This document shows positions 29,847 to 40,839 of a stretch of 64,000 nt of DNA, piece by piece. The first letter of the stretch is position 1; every line of letters begins with the position of its first letter. Both the position numbers and the translations under genes were made by a program. The DNA is from Deltaproteobacteria bacterium (GTDB taxonomy: Bacteria > Myxococcota_A > Polyangia > Polyangiales > Houyiibacteriaceae). The stretch covers positions 96,001 to 160,000 of the forward strand of contig JAXMNT010000004.1 in the NCBI GenBank assembly GCA_034670305.1, in the 5' to 3' direction. The notes beneath the pieces are model-generated. The model had not been told where the DNA came from and ran no database searches. It was given only the letters and a program-made list of their open reading frames with translations.

Positions 29847-31367
29847 GTGCAGTCCGAGGTCAGCGAGATCAGCCCCATCCAGGTCGAGATCAAAGTTCAG
29901 GTCCCCTGGGATCGAGTGAAGAAATCCCTCGACCAGAACTTCGCGCGTCTCGCCAAGACGGCGAAGGTGCGCGGGTTCCGGCCCGGCAAGGTGCCCCGCC
30001 ACGTCATCAAGAAGCTGTACGGCCAGGCCGTCAAAGCCGAGGTGACCGGGACCATCATTCAAGAAGGTCTGCTGGACGCGTTCAACAAACACGAGCTGCC
30101 GGTCGTGGCCCAGCCCGAGGTCACCCCGCCCCCGATCCTGGACGGGGAGGACTACCACTTCACCGCCAAGGTCGAAGTCCGCCCGACCATCGACTCCGTC
30201 AACCTGGACGGCCTCAAGATCGTGCGCCCGAACGCCGAGGTCGAGGACGCTGCCGTCGACGCCGAGCTCGCCCGGATGCAGAAGCAGCAGGCCGAAGTAC
30301 AAGAGCCGGAGCCGATGCGCCCCGCCATCAAGGGCGACCGGGTCACCATCGACTACCAGGTCTCGGTCGACGGCAAGGTGAACCCCTCGATGGGCGCCGA
30401 AGGCCGCGACGTGGACCTCGGCGACGAAGGGCTCAACCCCGAGTTCGACGCGGGCCTGCTCGGAGTGGTGCCCGGCGACGTGAAGTCGATCGACGTCTCG
30501 TTCCCCGAAGACCACCACCACGAGGATCTCCGCGGCAAAACCGCGACGTTCGAGATCACCGTGCACTCGCTCCGCGAGGTGGTGCTGCCCGAGATCGACG
30601 ACGAGTTCGCGAAAGACGCGGGTGAGTTCGAGACCCTGCTCGAGCTGCGGCTCGACGTGCGCAAGCACCTGCAAGACCTCGCCGACCGCCGCTCCGCCAG
30701 CGAGCTGCGCGATGGGCTGGTCGAGGCCGTCGTCGCCCTGAACGACATCCCTGTCCCGCCGACCATGGTCAAAGAGCAGAAGCAGCAGATGCTGATGCAG
30801 ATGGTGCAGTTCGCGCAGATGACGGGTCAGCAGCTCGGCGACTTCTCCGAGCTCGACGGCCGCGCCGAGAAGCGTGTCCGCGCCGGCCTCGTCCTGAGCG
30901 CGCTCGCGCGCCAAGAGAAGATCGAAGTCAGCGAAGAAGACGTCGCCGCGAAGTTCGCCGAGATCGCAGAGTCGACCGGCAAACACATCGCCAAGGTGAA
31001 GGTCGAGTATGCGGGCGAGAAGCGCGATCGGCTCGAGCAGACGATCATGGAAGACCGCATCTTCGCGTTCCTCAAGGAGAAGGCGGAGTTCGTGGACGCG
31101 CTGCCGGAGGGCGACGCGGCCGAGGCGAAGTCCGAGGACAAGCCGAAGAAGGCTGCGAGCAAGAAGCCGAAGGCCGCCAAGGCGAAAGCCGACGACGCCG
31201 AACCGGCGGAAGCCGCGCCCAAGAAGAAGGCCGCCGCCAAGAAAGCCGCGCCCAAGAAGGCCGCGCCCAAGAAGGCCGCGCCCAAGAAGGCCGCGCCCAA
31301 GAAGGCCGCCAAGAAAGCCGCCCCGAAGAAGGCCACGAAGAAGGCCGCCAAGAAGAAGTCCGACTGA
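29847..31367 (+). CDS. tig: Trigger factor with Lys/Ala-rich C-terminal tail
   Basis: GFRPGKVP ribosome-binding motif, FKBP domain ([19 protein letters not shown]); RBS AGGAG upstream; tig-clpP-clpX-lon synteny. Confidence 0.95.
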   Translation: MQSEVSEISPIQVEIKVQVPWDRVKKSLDQNFARLAKTAKVRGFRPGKVPRHVIKKLYGQAVKAEVTGTIIQEGLLDAFNKHELPVVAQPEVTPPPILDGEDYHFTAKVEVRPTIDSVNLDGLKIVRPNAEVEDAAVDAELARMQKQQAEVQEPEPMRPAIKGDRVTIDYQVSVDGKVNPSMGAEGRDVDLGDEGLNPEFDAGLLGVVPGDVKSIDVSFPEDHHHEDLRGKTATFEITVHSLREVVLPEIDDEFAKDAGEFETLLELRLDVRKHLQDLADRRSASELRDGLVEAVVALNDIPVPPTMVKEQKQQMLMQMVQFAQMTGQQLGDFSELDGRAEKRVRAGLVLSALARQEKIEVSEEDVAAKFAEIAESTGKHIAKVKVEYAGEKRDRLEQTIMEDRIFAFLKEKAEFVDALPEGDAAEAKSEDKPKKAASKKPKAAKAKADDAEPAEAAPKKKAAAKKAAPKKAAPKKAAPKKAAPKKAAKKAAPKKATKKAAKKKSD

Positions 31368-31426
31368 CCCGGCCCCGGCTCCGTGAAAACGGAGTTGAAG
31401 CCGACAATCAATGGTAGAGGTAGAGC

Positions 31427-32032
31427 ATGTACGTCCCCGTCGTCGTAGAGCAGACCCACCGCGGTGAGCGCACCTGGGGCCTCTTCAGCCGCCTGCTGAA
31501 GGACCGCATCATCTTCCTCGGCAGCGAGATCGACGACGAGGTCGCCAACGGCGTCATCGCGCAGATGCTGGTGCTCGAGAGCGAAGATCCCGACAAGGAG
31601 ATCACGCTCTACATCAACAGCCCGGGCGGCTCGGTCACGGCCGGTCTCGCGATCTACGACACCATGCAGTACGTGCGCTGCCCGGTCGCCACCGTCTGCC
31701 TCGGACAGGCCGCTTCGATGGGCGCATGGCTGCTCGCCTCCGGCTCGGCCGGCCTCCGCCGCGCGCTGCCCAACAGCAAGATCATGATCCACCAGCCCCT
31801 CGGTGGCATCAGCGGCCAGGCGACGGACATCGAGATCCACGCCAACGAGATCCTCAAGCTGCGCTCCTGGATGAACGACATCATGGCGAAGCACACCGGC
31901 AAAACCGCCGAGGTCATCGCCGCGGACACCGAACGCGACCGCTACCTCACCGCCGAAGAAGCGCTCGAGTACGGCGTGGTCGACGAAGTCGTCCCCCCCC
32001 GCAAAGCCCACGCCTTCCCCTCTGCGAAGTAG
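31427..32032 (+). CDS. clpP: ATP-dependent Clp protease proteolytic subunit
   Basis: [25 protein letters not shown] (catalytic Ser), MIHQP, DTERD. Confidence 0.97.
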   Translation: MYVPVVVEQTHRGERTWGLFSRLLKDRIIFLGSEIDDEVANGVIAQMLVLESEDPDKEITLYINSPGGSVTAGLAIYDTMQYVRCPVATVCLGQAASMGAWLLASGSAGLRRALPNSKIMIHQPLGGISGQATDIEIHANEILKLRSWMNDIMAKHTGKTAEVIAADTERDRYLTAEEALEYGVVDEVVPPRKAHAFPSAK

Positions 32033-32044
32033 CGCCTTCGCGGA

Positions 32045-32094
32045 CGCGGGTAGCGGAGCGCCCACGGGACGCTCCGCCGCCCAGGCTACCCGCG
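32045..32094. terminator. Hairpin after clpP, overlapping the stop of the four-helix-bundle pseudogene
   Basis: CGCGGGTAGC/GCTACCCGCG 10-bp IR enclosing a GGAGCG/CGCTCC stem. Confidence 0.5.
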
Positions 32095-32386
32095 ACTGAG
32101 CTTGAACAACATCGCGCAGACGTGGTCCGCGAGGTCGTAGACGTCCTCCCCCACGTCCACGTACCCCATCACCCCCGCGACTTGAAGAGCCGCCTTCACC
32201 TCGCGCGCTTCGCCAAGCGCGCGGGAGAACCCGTCGGGGTTCCGTCCGCCCCTCGCACTCCGAGACTCCGCTATCAAAAGCGGCACCGCCTGTGCCGCCC
32301 GCCGCAGCGACTTCAGCGAAGCCTCGCGAATGCGAGGCAGAACCTCGCGTACGAGCACGAAGGAGCGACTTGTCGAATACCAGCAT
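32086..32386 (-). pseudogene. Frameshifted four-helix-bundle protein (23S rRNA IVP / Avd-like family)
   Basis: GGGAGG RBS and ATG 32386 give MLVFDKSL; the body is in another frame: [14 protein letters not shown]...[24 protein letters not shown]...[10 protein letters not shown]. Confidence 0.72.
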
Positions 32387-32420
32387 GTTGACCTCCCGGT
32401 CGTTGCGCCGAGCGTGAACT

Positions 32421-32556
32421 CGCCCGAGGGCGCGAAGCGCCCCCAGCTGTCGGCGGGGTGGCGGGTCAAGGACGAGCAAGCGCGAAGCGCGCCAGCGAAG
32501 CGGCGGGCATCCCGCCGGGCCGAAGGCCTCCTTGAGGCGCCGCCTCGCCGACAGCT
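32421..32556 (+). repeat. REP-like multibranch hairpin element with GAA loops
   Basis: Outer stem 32445-32463/32538-32556, TCAAGGA/TCCTTGA stem, inner GCGC-GAA-GCGC, GC-GAA-GC, GGCGGG-CAT-CCCGCC, GGCC-GAA-GGCC. Confidence 0.7.
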
Positions 32557-32624
32557 ACGCTGGACCATCCATCGGGCCACCCACCTCCACGAGGAGGGGC
32601 GCAGACTGGAGGCTGAGGTTCTGC

Positions 32625-32997
32625 GTCGGCTTCGGCGGGCTTGCGTCGGCATCGGCGTCGGCGTCGGTTTCGGTTTCGGTTTCGGTTTCGGTTTCGGTTT
32701 CGGTTTCGGCGTCGGGCATCGGCATCGGCTTCGGCATCGGCTTCGGCTTCGGCATCGGCTTCGGCTTCGGCATCGGCTTCGGCATCGGCGTCGGCTTCGG
32801 CTCGGCGTGGGCTTCGGCTTCGGCGTCGGCTTCGGCGTGGGCTTCGGCTTCGGCATCGGCTTCGGCTTCGGCTTCGGCTTCGGCGTCGGCTTCGGCGTCG
32901 GCTTCGGCGTCGGCTTCGGCGTCGACTGCTTTGGGATCGGCGTCGACTTTCGAGGGCACCAGCACCAGCACCAGCACCAGCACCAGCACCAGCACCC
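32625..32997. repeat. Hexamer tract (TTCGGT/TTCGGC/ATCGGC/GTCGGC) then (CACCAG)n
   Basis: Direct reading. Confidence 0.92.
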
Positions 32998-33225
32998 ACG
33001 GCCCGCCCTGTCCCGTCTGAGCAGCCCGTGCGTTTTCGCGTCCAGCCCCGCCTGGCGCCCCGCCCCGGAAAGATCGTCCAGGGACTGGCGCGGCCCCGAA
33101 CCCCTTGGCTATTCTCCCGCTCCGGGGGCTGCTGGGCGTGAGCAGTCTCCCACTCCAAACCGGTCGGGGGGCCTCGGTGGTTCTCCCGGCTCGACGCAAC
33201 CCCCCAGAAGCACTAGGTAGATCCG

Positions 33226-34476
<1,251 letters not shown>

Positions 34477-34598
34477 GCGCCCGCCGACGGCCCTCCCCCA
34501 CCGACCCAGTTCGGTGAATGGGCACCTCTTGTCGGCGTCCTGCTTGCGACCCACTTCATCTGTTCAACACACACGTGGCCACGGGGCCGGGAGCTTGG

Positions 34599-37088
34599 AT
34601 GTTCTTCCATAAGAACGACGACGACAGCAAGAAGAGCGATGGGGGCAAGGCCGCGATGGTCCCCCTCCTGCCACTGCGGGACATCATCGTGTTCCCGCAC
34701 ATGGTCGTGCCGCTCTTCGTCGGACGCGAAAAGTCGATCAACGCCCTCGAAGAGGCGATGAGCCACGAGAAGCGCATTCTCCTCGCCGCCCAGAAGAAGG
34801 CGAAGACCAACGACCCGACGCCGGACGACATCTTCACCGTCGGCACCGTCGGCACCATCATTCAGTTGCTCCGCCTCCCCGACGGCACCGTGAAGGTGCT
34901 CGTCGAAGGCAAGCAGCGTGCGCGCATTCAGCGGTTCATCCCGAACGAGGAGTTCTTCCTCTGCGATGTGGAGCCGATCGAAGACGACCCGACCACCTCG
35001 GTCGAGGTCGAAGCGCTCATGCGCAGCGTGCAGACCGCCTTCGAGACCTACGTGAAGCTCAACAAGCGCATCGCGCCCGAGATGCTGAACACGGTCCAGA
35101 CCATCGAGGATCCGTCCCGCCTCGCCGACACCATCGTCGTGCAACTGACGAGCATCAAACTCGACGACCGACAGGAAATCCTCGAGACGACCGACCCTGC
35201 CAAACGCCTCGAACGACTCTTCGAACTCATGAACGGCGAGATCGAGATTCTCCAAGTGGAGAAGAAGATCCGTTCGCGCGTGAAGAAGCAAATGGAGAAG
35301 TCGCAGAAGGAGTACTACCTCAACGAGCAGATGCAGGCGATCCAGAAGGAACTCGGCGAGAAGGACGAGTTCAAGACGGAGATCCAAGAGATCGAGGAGA
35401 AGCTCAAGACCAAGAAGCTCTCCAAAGAAGCGCTCACCAAGGTCAAGAAGGAGCTCAAGAAGCTCAAGATGATGCAGCCGATGAGTGCGGAGGCGACCGT
35501 CGTCCGCAACTACATCGACTGGGTTCTGTCTTTGCCGTGGTTCGACATGAGCGAAGAGAACTACGACATCGACAAAGCCGAGCAGATTCTCGACGAGGAT
35601 CACTACGGCCTGCGCAAACCCAAAGAGCGCATCCTCGAGTATCTCGCGGTGCAGGCGCTCGTGAAGAAGCTCAAGGGCCCGGTGCTCTGCCTCGTCGGAC
35701 CGCCTGGCGTCGGCAAGACCTCACTCGCGCGCAGCATCGCGCGGGCCACCGGCCGCGACTTCGTCCGGCTCAGCCTCGGCGGCGTGCGCGACGAAGCGGA
35801 GATCCGCGGCCACCGCCGCACGTACATCGGCGCCCTCCCCGGCCGCCTCGTCCAGTCGCTCCGCAAGTGCGGCACGAACAACCCGGTCTTCCTACTCGAC
35901 GAGATCGACAAGATGTCGTCGGACTTCCGTGGCGACCCCGCGGCGGCGCTGCTCGAAGTGCTCGACCCCGAGCAGAACAGCAACTTCAACGACCACTACC
36001 TCGACCTGGACTACGACCTGTCGGACGTCATGTTCATCACGACGGCCAACGCGCTCTCGGGCATCCCGCTCCCGCTCCGGGACCGCATGGAGATCCTCGA
36101 ACTCAGTGGGTACACCGAGTTCGAGAAGCTCAACATCGCGGTGAAGTACCTCGTGCCGCGTCAGATCGAAGCCGCGGGCCTCGAAGACGTCGACGTCGAG
36201 ATCACCGAGAACGCGGTCCGCACGATCATCCACCACTACACCCGCGAGAGCGGCGTTCGAAACCTCGAACGCGAAGTGGGCAGCGTGTGCCGCAAGATCG
36301 CGCGCCGGGTGCTGACCGAAGGCAAAGACAAGAAGTACCGCATCGCCGCGCGCACGATCCCTGAGTTCCTCGGCGTGCCGAAGTTCCAACCGAACAAGGC
36401 GAACGAAGCGGACGAAGTCGGCCTCGTGCACGGCCTCGCGTACACCGTCTTCGGTGGATGCATTCTCGACTGCGAAGCGGCCATCGTGCCGGGCAAGGGC
36501 AAGCTCGTGATCACGGGCCAGCTCAGCAAGGGCATGACGGAGTCCGCGCAGGCGGCGATGAGCTACATCCGCTCGCGCCACAAGGCCTTGGGGCTCGACG
36601 AGACCTTCCACGAGACCTGCGACGTGCACGTGCACTTCCCGGGCTACGAGTCGAAGGACGGACCGAGCGCCGGCATCACGATGGCGACCACCATCGCGAG
36701 CGCGCTGCTCAAGATCCCCGTGCGCAAGAACGTCGCGATGACCGGTGAGATCACGCTGCGCGGCCGGGTCATGCCGATCGGCGGCCTCAAAGAGAAGATG
36801 CTCGCCGCGCACCGCGCCGGCATCGACACCGTTCTCGTGCCGATCGACAACCGCAAGGATCTCCGCGAGATCCCGAAGCGCGTGCTCAAGACCACCCGCG
36901 TCGTGCTCGTCGAACACATGGACCAGGTCCTCGCCGAAGCGCTCGTACTGAGCGATCCGGACGAGCTCTTCGGTCAGAACCGCACCCTCCCGATCGAGTA
37001 CCGCCAGGGCAAGCTCATCGAACCCGCCACCGAGACCGCAGCCGACGTCCCCGAGCCGACCGCCGACGCCCCCGGCGCCCAGCAGTAA
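34599..37088 (+). CDS. lon: Lon protease (endopeptidase La)
   Basis: [11 protein letters not shown]-domain, [22 protein letters not shown] (catalytic Ser), IGGLKEK. Confidence 0.98.
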   Translation: MFFHKNDDDSKKSDGGKAAMVPLLPLRDIIVFPHMVVPLFVGREKSINALEEAMSHEKRILLAAQKKAKTNDPTPDDIFTVGTVGTIIQLLRLPDGTVKVLVEGKQRARIQRFIPNEEFFLCDVEPIEDDPTTSVEVEALMRSVQTAFETYVKLNKRIAPEMLNTVQTIEDPSRLADTIVVQLTSIKLDDRQEILETTDPAKRLERLFELMNGEIEILQVEKKIRSRVKKQMEKSQKEYYLNEQMQAIQKELGEKDEFKTEIQEIEEKLKTKKLSKEALTKVKKELKKLKMMQPMSAEATVVRNYIDWVLSLPWFDMSEENYDIDKAEQILDEDHYGLRKPKERILEYLAVQALVKKLKGPVLCLVGPPGVGKTSLARSIARATGRDFVRLSLGGVRDEAEIRGHRRTYIGALPGRLVQSLRKCGTNNPVFLLDEIDKMSSDFRGDPAAALLEVLDPEQNSNFNDHYLDLDYDLSDVMFITTANALSGIPLPLRDRMEILELSGYTEFEKLNIAVKYLVPRQIEAAGLEDVDVEITENAVRTIIHHYTRESGVRNLEREVGSVCRKIARRVLTEGKDKKYRIAARTIPEFLGVPKFQPNKANEADEVGLVHGLAYTVFGGCILDCEAAIVPGKGKLVITGQLSKGMTESAQAAMSYIRSRHKALGLDETFHETCDVHVHFPGYESKDGPSAGITMATTIASALLKIPVRKNVAMTGEITLRGRVMPIGGLKEKMLAAHRAGIDTVLVPIDNRKDLREIPKRVLKTTRVVLVEHMDQVLAEALVLSDPDELFGQNRTLPIEYRQGKLIEPATETAADVPEPTADAPGAQQ

Positions 37089-37089
37089 C

Positions 37090-37218
37090 ACTCGACACGG
37101 GCACGGACTTCGGCCCGTGTCGGCTTCCGTCGTGTCGGCGACATTCTTGGGGCACAGCCCCCAAACCCCGTCCCGGTGACACGGCTTGCTCGCTTCGCTC
37201 GGCTTCGCCGCGTCGAGT
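37090..37218 (-). repeat. REP-like hairpin element / lon terminator region
   Basis: CGACACGGGC/GCCCGTGTCG IR (37093-37122); outer ACTCGAC/GTCGAGT; GGGGC-ACA-GCCCC; GCGAAGC loops on the minus strand. Confidence 0.6.
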
Positions 37219-37221
37219 ATC

Positions 37222-37362
37222 AGCTTCGGCTTCGGCGTCGGCTTCGGCTCCGGCATCGGCTTCGGCATCGGCATCGGCTTCGGCTTCGGCTTCGGCTTCG
37301 GCTTCGGCTTCGGCTTCGGCTTCGGCTTCGGCGAATCGGCATCGGCTTCGGCCTCGGCTTCG
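37222..37362. repeat. Hexamer tract (TTCGGC/ATCGGC)n
   Basis: Direct reading. Confidence 0.92.
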
Positions 37363-37367
37363 CGCGA

Positions 37368-37395
37368 TTGACGGTCTCAGACGCTCCGCTAAGCT
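37368..37395 (+). promoter_or_regulatory. Putative sigma70 promoter of tRNA-Val
   Basis: TTGACG-N16-TAAGCT about 20 nt before the tRNA. Confidence 0.5.
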
Positions 37396-37414
37396 CGCCC
37401 CCGCTTGCTTCCCT

Positions 37415-37486
37415 GGGTGGGTAGCTCAGCGGTAGAGCGGCGCCTTTACACGGCGCTGGTCGCAGGTTCGATCCCTGTCCCACCCA
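37415..37486 (+). tRNA. tRNA-Val (anticodon TAC), full CCA not encoded
   Basis: GGGTGGG/CCCACCC acceptor, GCTC/GAGC D-stem, GCGCC-TTTACAC-GGCGC anticodon arm, GCAGG-TTCGATC-CCTGT T-arm. Confidence 0.96.
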
Positions 37487-37502
37487 CCGCGCGCCGCGCC
37501 GC

Positions 37503-38573
37503 TCAGAGCTGAAGGCGGCGCAGTACGGCGTCCAACTCGACCGCGGGCGAACCGGCGGTCCGAGTCACGAAGATGCCGGGCCTCGGTTGCACGGAGGTCG
37601 CGTTGCCACCGAGGAACGCAGGCGGGTTGCTGAGGCCGGACTGGCTCGCGTTCGGGCGTGCGGCGCACTCTTCGAGGCAGTACAAGACGTCCGCCGGGGT
37701 GTCGCCTTGCCGGGTGCACGCGGTGGTGGCAGCGCTCGGTTCCGCGGCGAGCCGGACCAGAAGATCGACGCGGCGTGCGCTCTGGCAGCGACCGTCCGCG
37801 GGCACGTCGGCTTCGGTCGTTGGCGCGGGGCAGGTCGCGCCTTCGGCGGTCGGGTTCATGCGGGTGCTCAGCCACTGGCTCGCGAGGCCGACCGAAGCGA
37901 CTCGGATCGTGCCCGCTCCACCGAGGCCGGTGCGGACGGAGTCGGCGGCGCGCGCGGCGCGGCACCAAGCGAGCCGTTCGTTGGCGCGGTCGCGGTTGCG
38001 GACCACGCGGGGCCACGGCGACTCGGCCCAGCCGTCGCGCAGATCGCGGCAGTCGAGGCGCTGGTTGACCGGCGGTTCGAGGTCGACGTGTCCCACCACC
38101 GCGACGTCGATCGAGTCGAGGTGGGAGGCCATCGAACGCAAGCCATGGCCGAGACACTCGAACGCGTTGGTGCCGCCTTCGCAGGCGGTGGGGCTGCCGA
38201 ACTCGTGGCGGCCGGAGGCGAAGAAGTCGTCGGCGCCACAGCTGACCCGCCACTGAAGCGGCGTGTCGCCGACGAGCTCGATTGAACAGAGCCGGCCAAT
38301 CGCGGCGCGCACCTGGCTGAGCGCTTCGGCGGCTTGCTGAAACGTCGTCGCGGGGATGGCGCTGCGACACCGCTGGTCGAGGGCGCGCATGCGGGCGACC
38401 GGCGCCGGGTCCGAGGGAACCGAGGCGACTTCGATCGCGGTGGTGCTGGCGCCGTCGCCGGCGGGCGCGGTGGTGCCGGCGCAAGGCACCGCGAGCAGCG
38501 CGACCAGAGAGAGCGCGGGGAGCGATGCCCCTCCGTGCGTAGAACGGTGCGTGAAACTGCGCAGGCCCATCAT
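37503..38573 (-). CDS. Exported Cys-rich protein with divergent OmpA/MotB-like domain
   Basis: FFASG..F, VAVVGHVD, NERLAWCRA, SARRVDL correspond to OmpA C-terminal motifs (GHTD, N..LS..RA, NRRV); ATGA overlap with the upstream gene. Confidence 0.65.
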   Translation of the reverse strand: MMGLRSFTHRSTHGGASLPALSLVALLAVPCAGTTAPAGDGASTTAIEVASVPSDPAPVARMRALDQRCRSAIPATTFQQAAEALSQVRAAIGRLCSIELVGDTPLQWRVSCGADDFFASGRHEFGSPTACEGGTNAFECLGHGLRSMASHLDSIDVAVVGHVDLEPPVNQRLDCRDLRDGWAESPWPRVVRNRDRANERLAWCRAARAADSVRTGLGGAGTIRVASVGLASQWLSTRMNPTAEGATCPAPTTEADVPADGRCQSARRVDLLVRLAAEPSAATTACTRQGDTPADVLYCLEECAARPNASQSGLSNPPAFLGGNATSVQPRPGIFVTRTAGSPAVELDAVLRRLQL

Positions 38574-40780
38574 CGGCCTCCGAGCAGCTCGATCAAGGAC
38601 GTGATGTCGACGCCGACGAAGAAGCTGTAGACCTCGTCGTCGGGGTGCGGCCAGGGCACGTGGATCGCGAAGCCCGCGGTGATGAGCCGCGGTGCGATCT
38701 CCGGCCAGCCCCAGCTCATCGACGCCATCAGTGCCGGGCTGACGCGGCTGGCGCGGCCGTCTTCCCAGGCGATGGACGCCGTCACCGGCACGGAGAGTTC
38801 GAAGACGAACCCAGCGTTGAGATGCAGGTCCGTGTAGAAAATCGGAAGCGCGATGCCGATCGCAGCCGGCGACGGTTTGCTGAAGAACACCCCGAGGCTC
38901 GCGTGTCCGAGGAAGCCGATGCGCAGCTGGCGCCGGTCCGAGTTGCCCACGTTGCCGACGACCCGTGGGTCCCACGACTTGAACGCGGCGCGCGCGAGGC
39001 AGCGTTTGCCGCGGCCGTCGTCGGAGATGAGGTGCACGTGCACGACCTCATCGGGTCCGGACTCGCCAGCGCCGCGCAGGGTCGGTTCGCCGGAAAGCGG
39101 ACACTCGGGGTCGGCGGTGATCATCGTGTACATGGCGGGCAGCGGCGAGTGGCCTGGGCCGGCCGATGCACCGACGTAGGGCGTCGCGCGGCTGAGCAAG
39201 GTCGGAGCGCCGGTGCTCGGGTGGTTCCAAGCCGCCGCGAAGCCTTCCGGGGTGGCGAGTTCGAAGGTGAGCGCGTCGTTGCGACGGCTGCGGGCGAACG
39301 TGTTCGGGTCGTCGACCTGCACGCCCTGCCAGCCGGGGATGTCGCCGGCGTCGGCGCCGTTCGAGTGACGCTGCACGCCGCGCGGGATCCAGTCGACGCC
39401 AGCGTCCACGATGCCCACCCGCCCGAGCGACACCGTCGCCGGTGCGGCGCACGCCCCCTGGGTCGCGACGCGCACGTCGTAGAAGCCGCGCGTGAGCGGG
39501 CCGGCTTCGACGGTCTCTCGACCGGAGCAGATCACGGTGCCATCGGGGATGCGCAGCGACGAGCCAGTGAGCCCGACGAAGAGCGGCGTCTCCGGCGCAG
39601 GCGCACACTCCACGTCGTGATCGCGGTCGGTGCGGGGCACCTGGCCGCTTGGGGTCACGTCGACACGGCGGTGGGTGAGGCAGACCTCCGCTGTCGCGAA
39701 CCGTTCGCCGATCGAGGCGACCGCCGCGACCTCAGGAAAGCTCCGTCCGATGTGGGTCTGGGCGCCGCGCTGAGGTTCGGCGCCGCCCTGCGACGCGCCA
39801 CCCCGGGCGCCGTAGCTCGCGTTCATGCACAGGTGCGACTCGTTGGCGAGCGCCTGGAGCCATCCGAGCGTGGGCGCGAAGCGTGTCCCGTTCTCGCCGT
39901 ACTGTTCGTTCATCCGCCCGGCGAGCCAACCTTCGTCGAACGCGACGCCACCGGCGGTCACGACCAGCGGGATCTCCTCGGCGGTCTCGTCGTCGCATGC
40001 GGTCCGCGGGGTGGCGCCTCGTTTGCGCACCACCCGAACCGCACCGGCCGCGAGGGCGGTGCGGAGTTCGGCCCACACGTCGTCGTCGCCGGCCGGCACG
40101 AACCGGAAGCCGCGCTCGCCATCCCACGACGGTCGGAGGAGCGTGGTGTTCTCGGCGCGCATCGCGGCCTGCAGCGGCGTCTCGCCGCCCGGTGCCACGC
40201 GACCGAGCGCGTACGGCGGCTGCCCCGCGGCGCTCGCCTGGACATCCCAGCCCGCCTGACAGACCGGAAGCGAGACCGTGTCGGCGCCAGGGGCGAGCTG
40301 CGCGGTCAGCCCCTCTCGGCTGTTGCGGCAGGTGAACTGAAGCGCGACGGAAGCCGCGCCACACGAAGCGGCGCGGCGGCGCACGTCGAGCGCGCCCGGC
40401 GTCGCGGCGGGCGCGACCGAGAACGCGCCGCCCGCTTGGAGCAGGTAGTCCGTGCAGTGGTGCAGGAACACCGACGACACTTCGGCCGGCAGGTCGCGCC
40501 GGCGGCCGTAGACCGTGGTCTGGTCGCCGGGATTCCAGCCGAGTCCCGCGAGCAGGCTCGTGATCGAGCCTCGGTCTCGAAGGGTGCGGAATCCTTCGTC
40601 TGGATCCCGGGAGTACTCGCAGTCCACATCCAGCTGGATGCGGTCGCCCAGCACCACCGGCGCGCTCGCGACGGCCTCACCGCCGAAGCAACGCGGCTGG
40701 GCGGCTTGCGCCGATGCCGTCGAGTGTCCGAACCCCAGGCACGCCAGAAGCGCCCCACCCCACACCACGTATCGAGTCAT
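38570..40780 (-). CDS. Hypothetical secreted/outer-membrane protein
   Basis: Signal peptide MTRYVVWGGALLACLGFGHSTASA; many Cys; beta-strand-like hydrophobic C-terminus. Confidence 0.65.
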   Translation of the reverse strand: MTRYVVWGGALLACLGFGHSTASAQAAQPRCFGGEAVASAPVVLGDRIQLDVDCEYSRDPDEGFRTLRDRGSITSLLAGLGWNPGDQTTVYGRRRDLPAEVSSVFLHHCTDYLLQAGGAFSVAPAATPGALDVRRRAASCGAASVALQFTCRNSREGLTAQLAPGADTVSLPVCQAGWDVQASAAGQPPYALGRVAPGGETPLQAAMRAENTTLLRPSWDGERGFRFVPAGDDDVWAELRTALAAGAVRVVRKRGATPRTACDDETAEEIPLVVTAGGVAFDEGWLAGRMNEQYGENGTRFAPTLGWLQALANESHLCMNASYGARGGASQGGAEPQRGAQTHIGRSFPEVAAVASIGERFATAEVCLTHRRVDVTPSGQVPRTDRDHDVECAPAPETPLFVGLTGSSLRIPDGTVICSGRETVEAGPLTRGFYDVRVATQGACAAPATVSLGRVGIVDAGVDWIPRGVQRHSNGADAGDIPGWQGVQVDDPNTFARSRRNDALTFELATPEGFAAAWNHPSTGAPTLLSRATPYVGASAGPGHSPLPAMYTMITADPECPLSGEPTLRGAGESGPDEVVHVHLISDDGRGKRCLARAAFKSWDPRVVGNVGNSDRRQLRIGFLGHASLGVFFSKPSPAAIGIALPIFYTDLHLNAGFVFELSVPVTASIAWEDGRASRVSPALMASMSWGWPEIAPRLITAGFAIHVPWPHPDDEVYSFFVGVDITSLIELLGGR

Positions 40781-40839
40781 CGCTGCGGTTGTGGCCAATT
40801 GAACGCGGTTGTTCAAGCGGACGCCCCGCCAGAAACGGG

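Noticed and set aside
32086-32997. Diversity-generating retroelement
   Set aside because: Only an Avd-like remnant; no RT and no TR/VR pair with adenine-specific mismatches seen in the window
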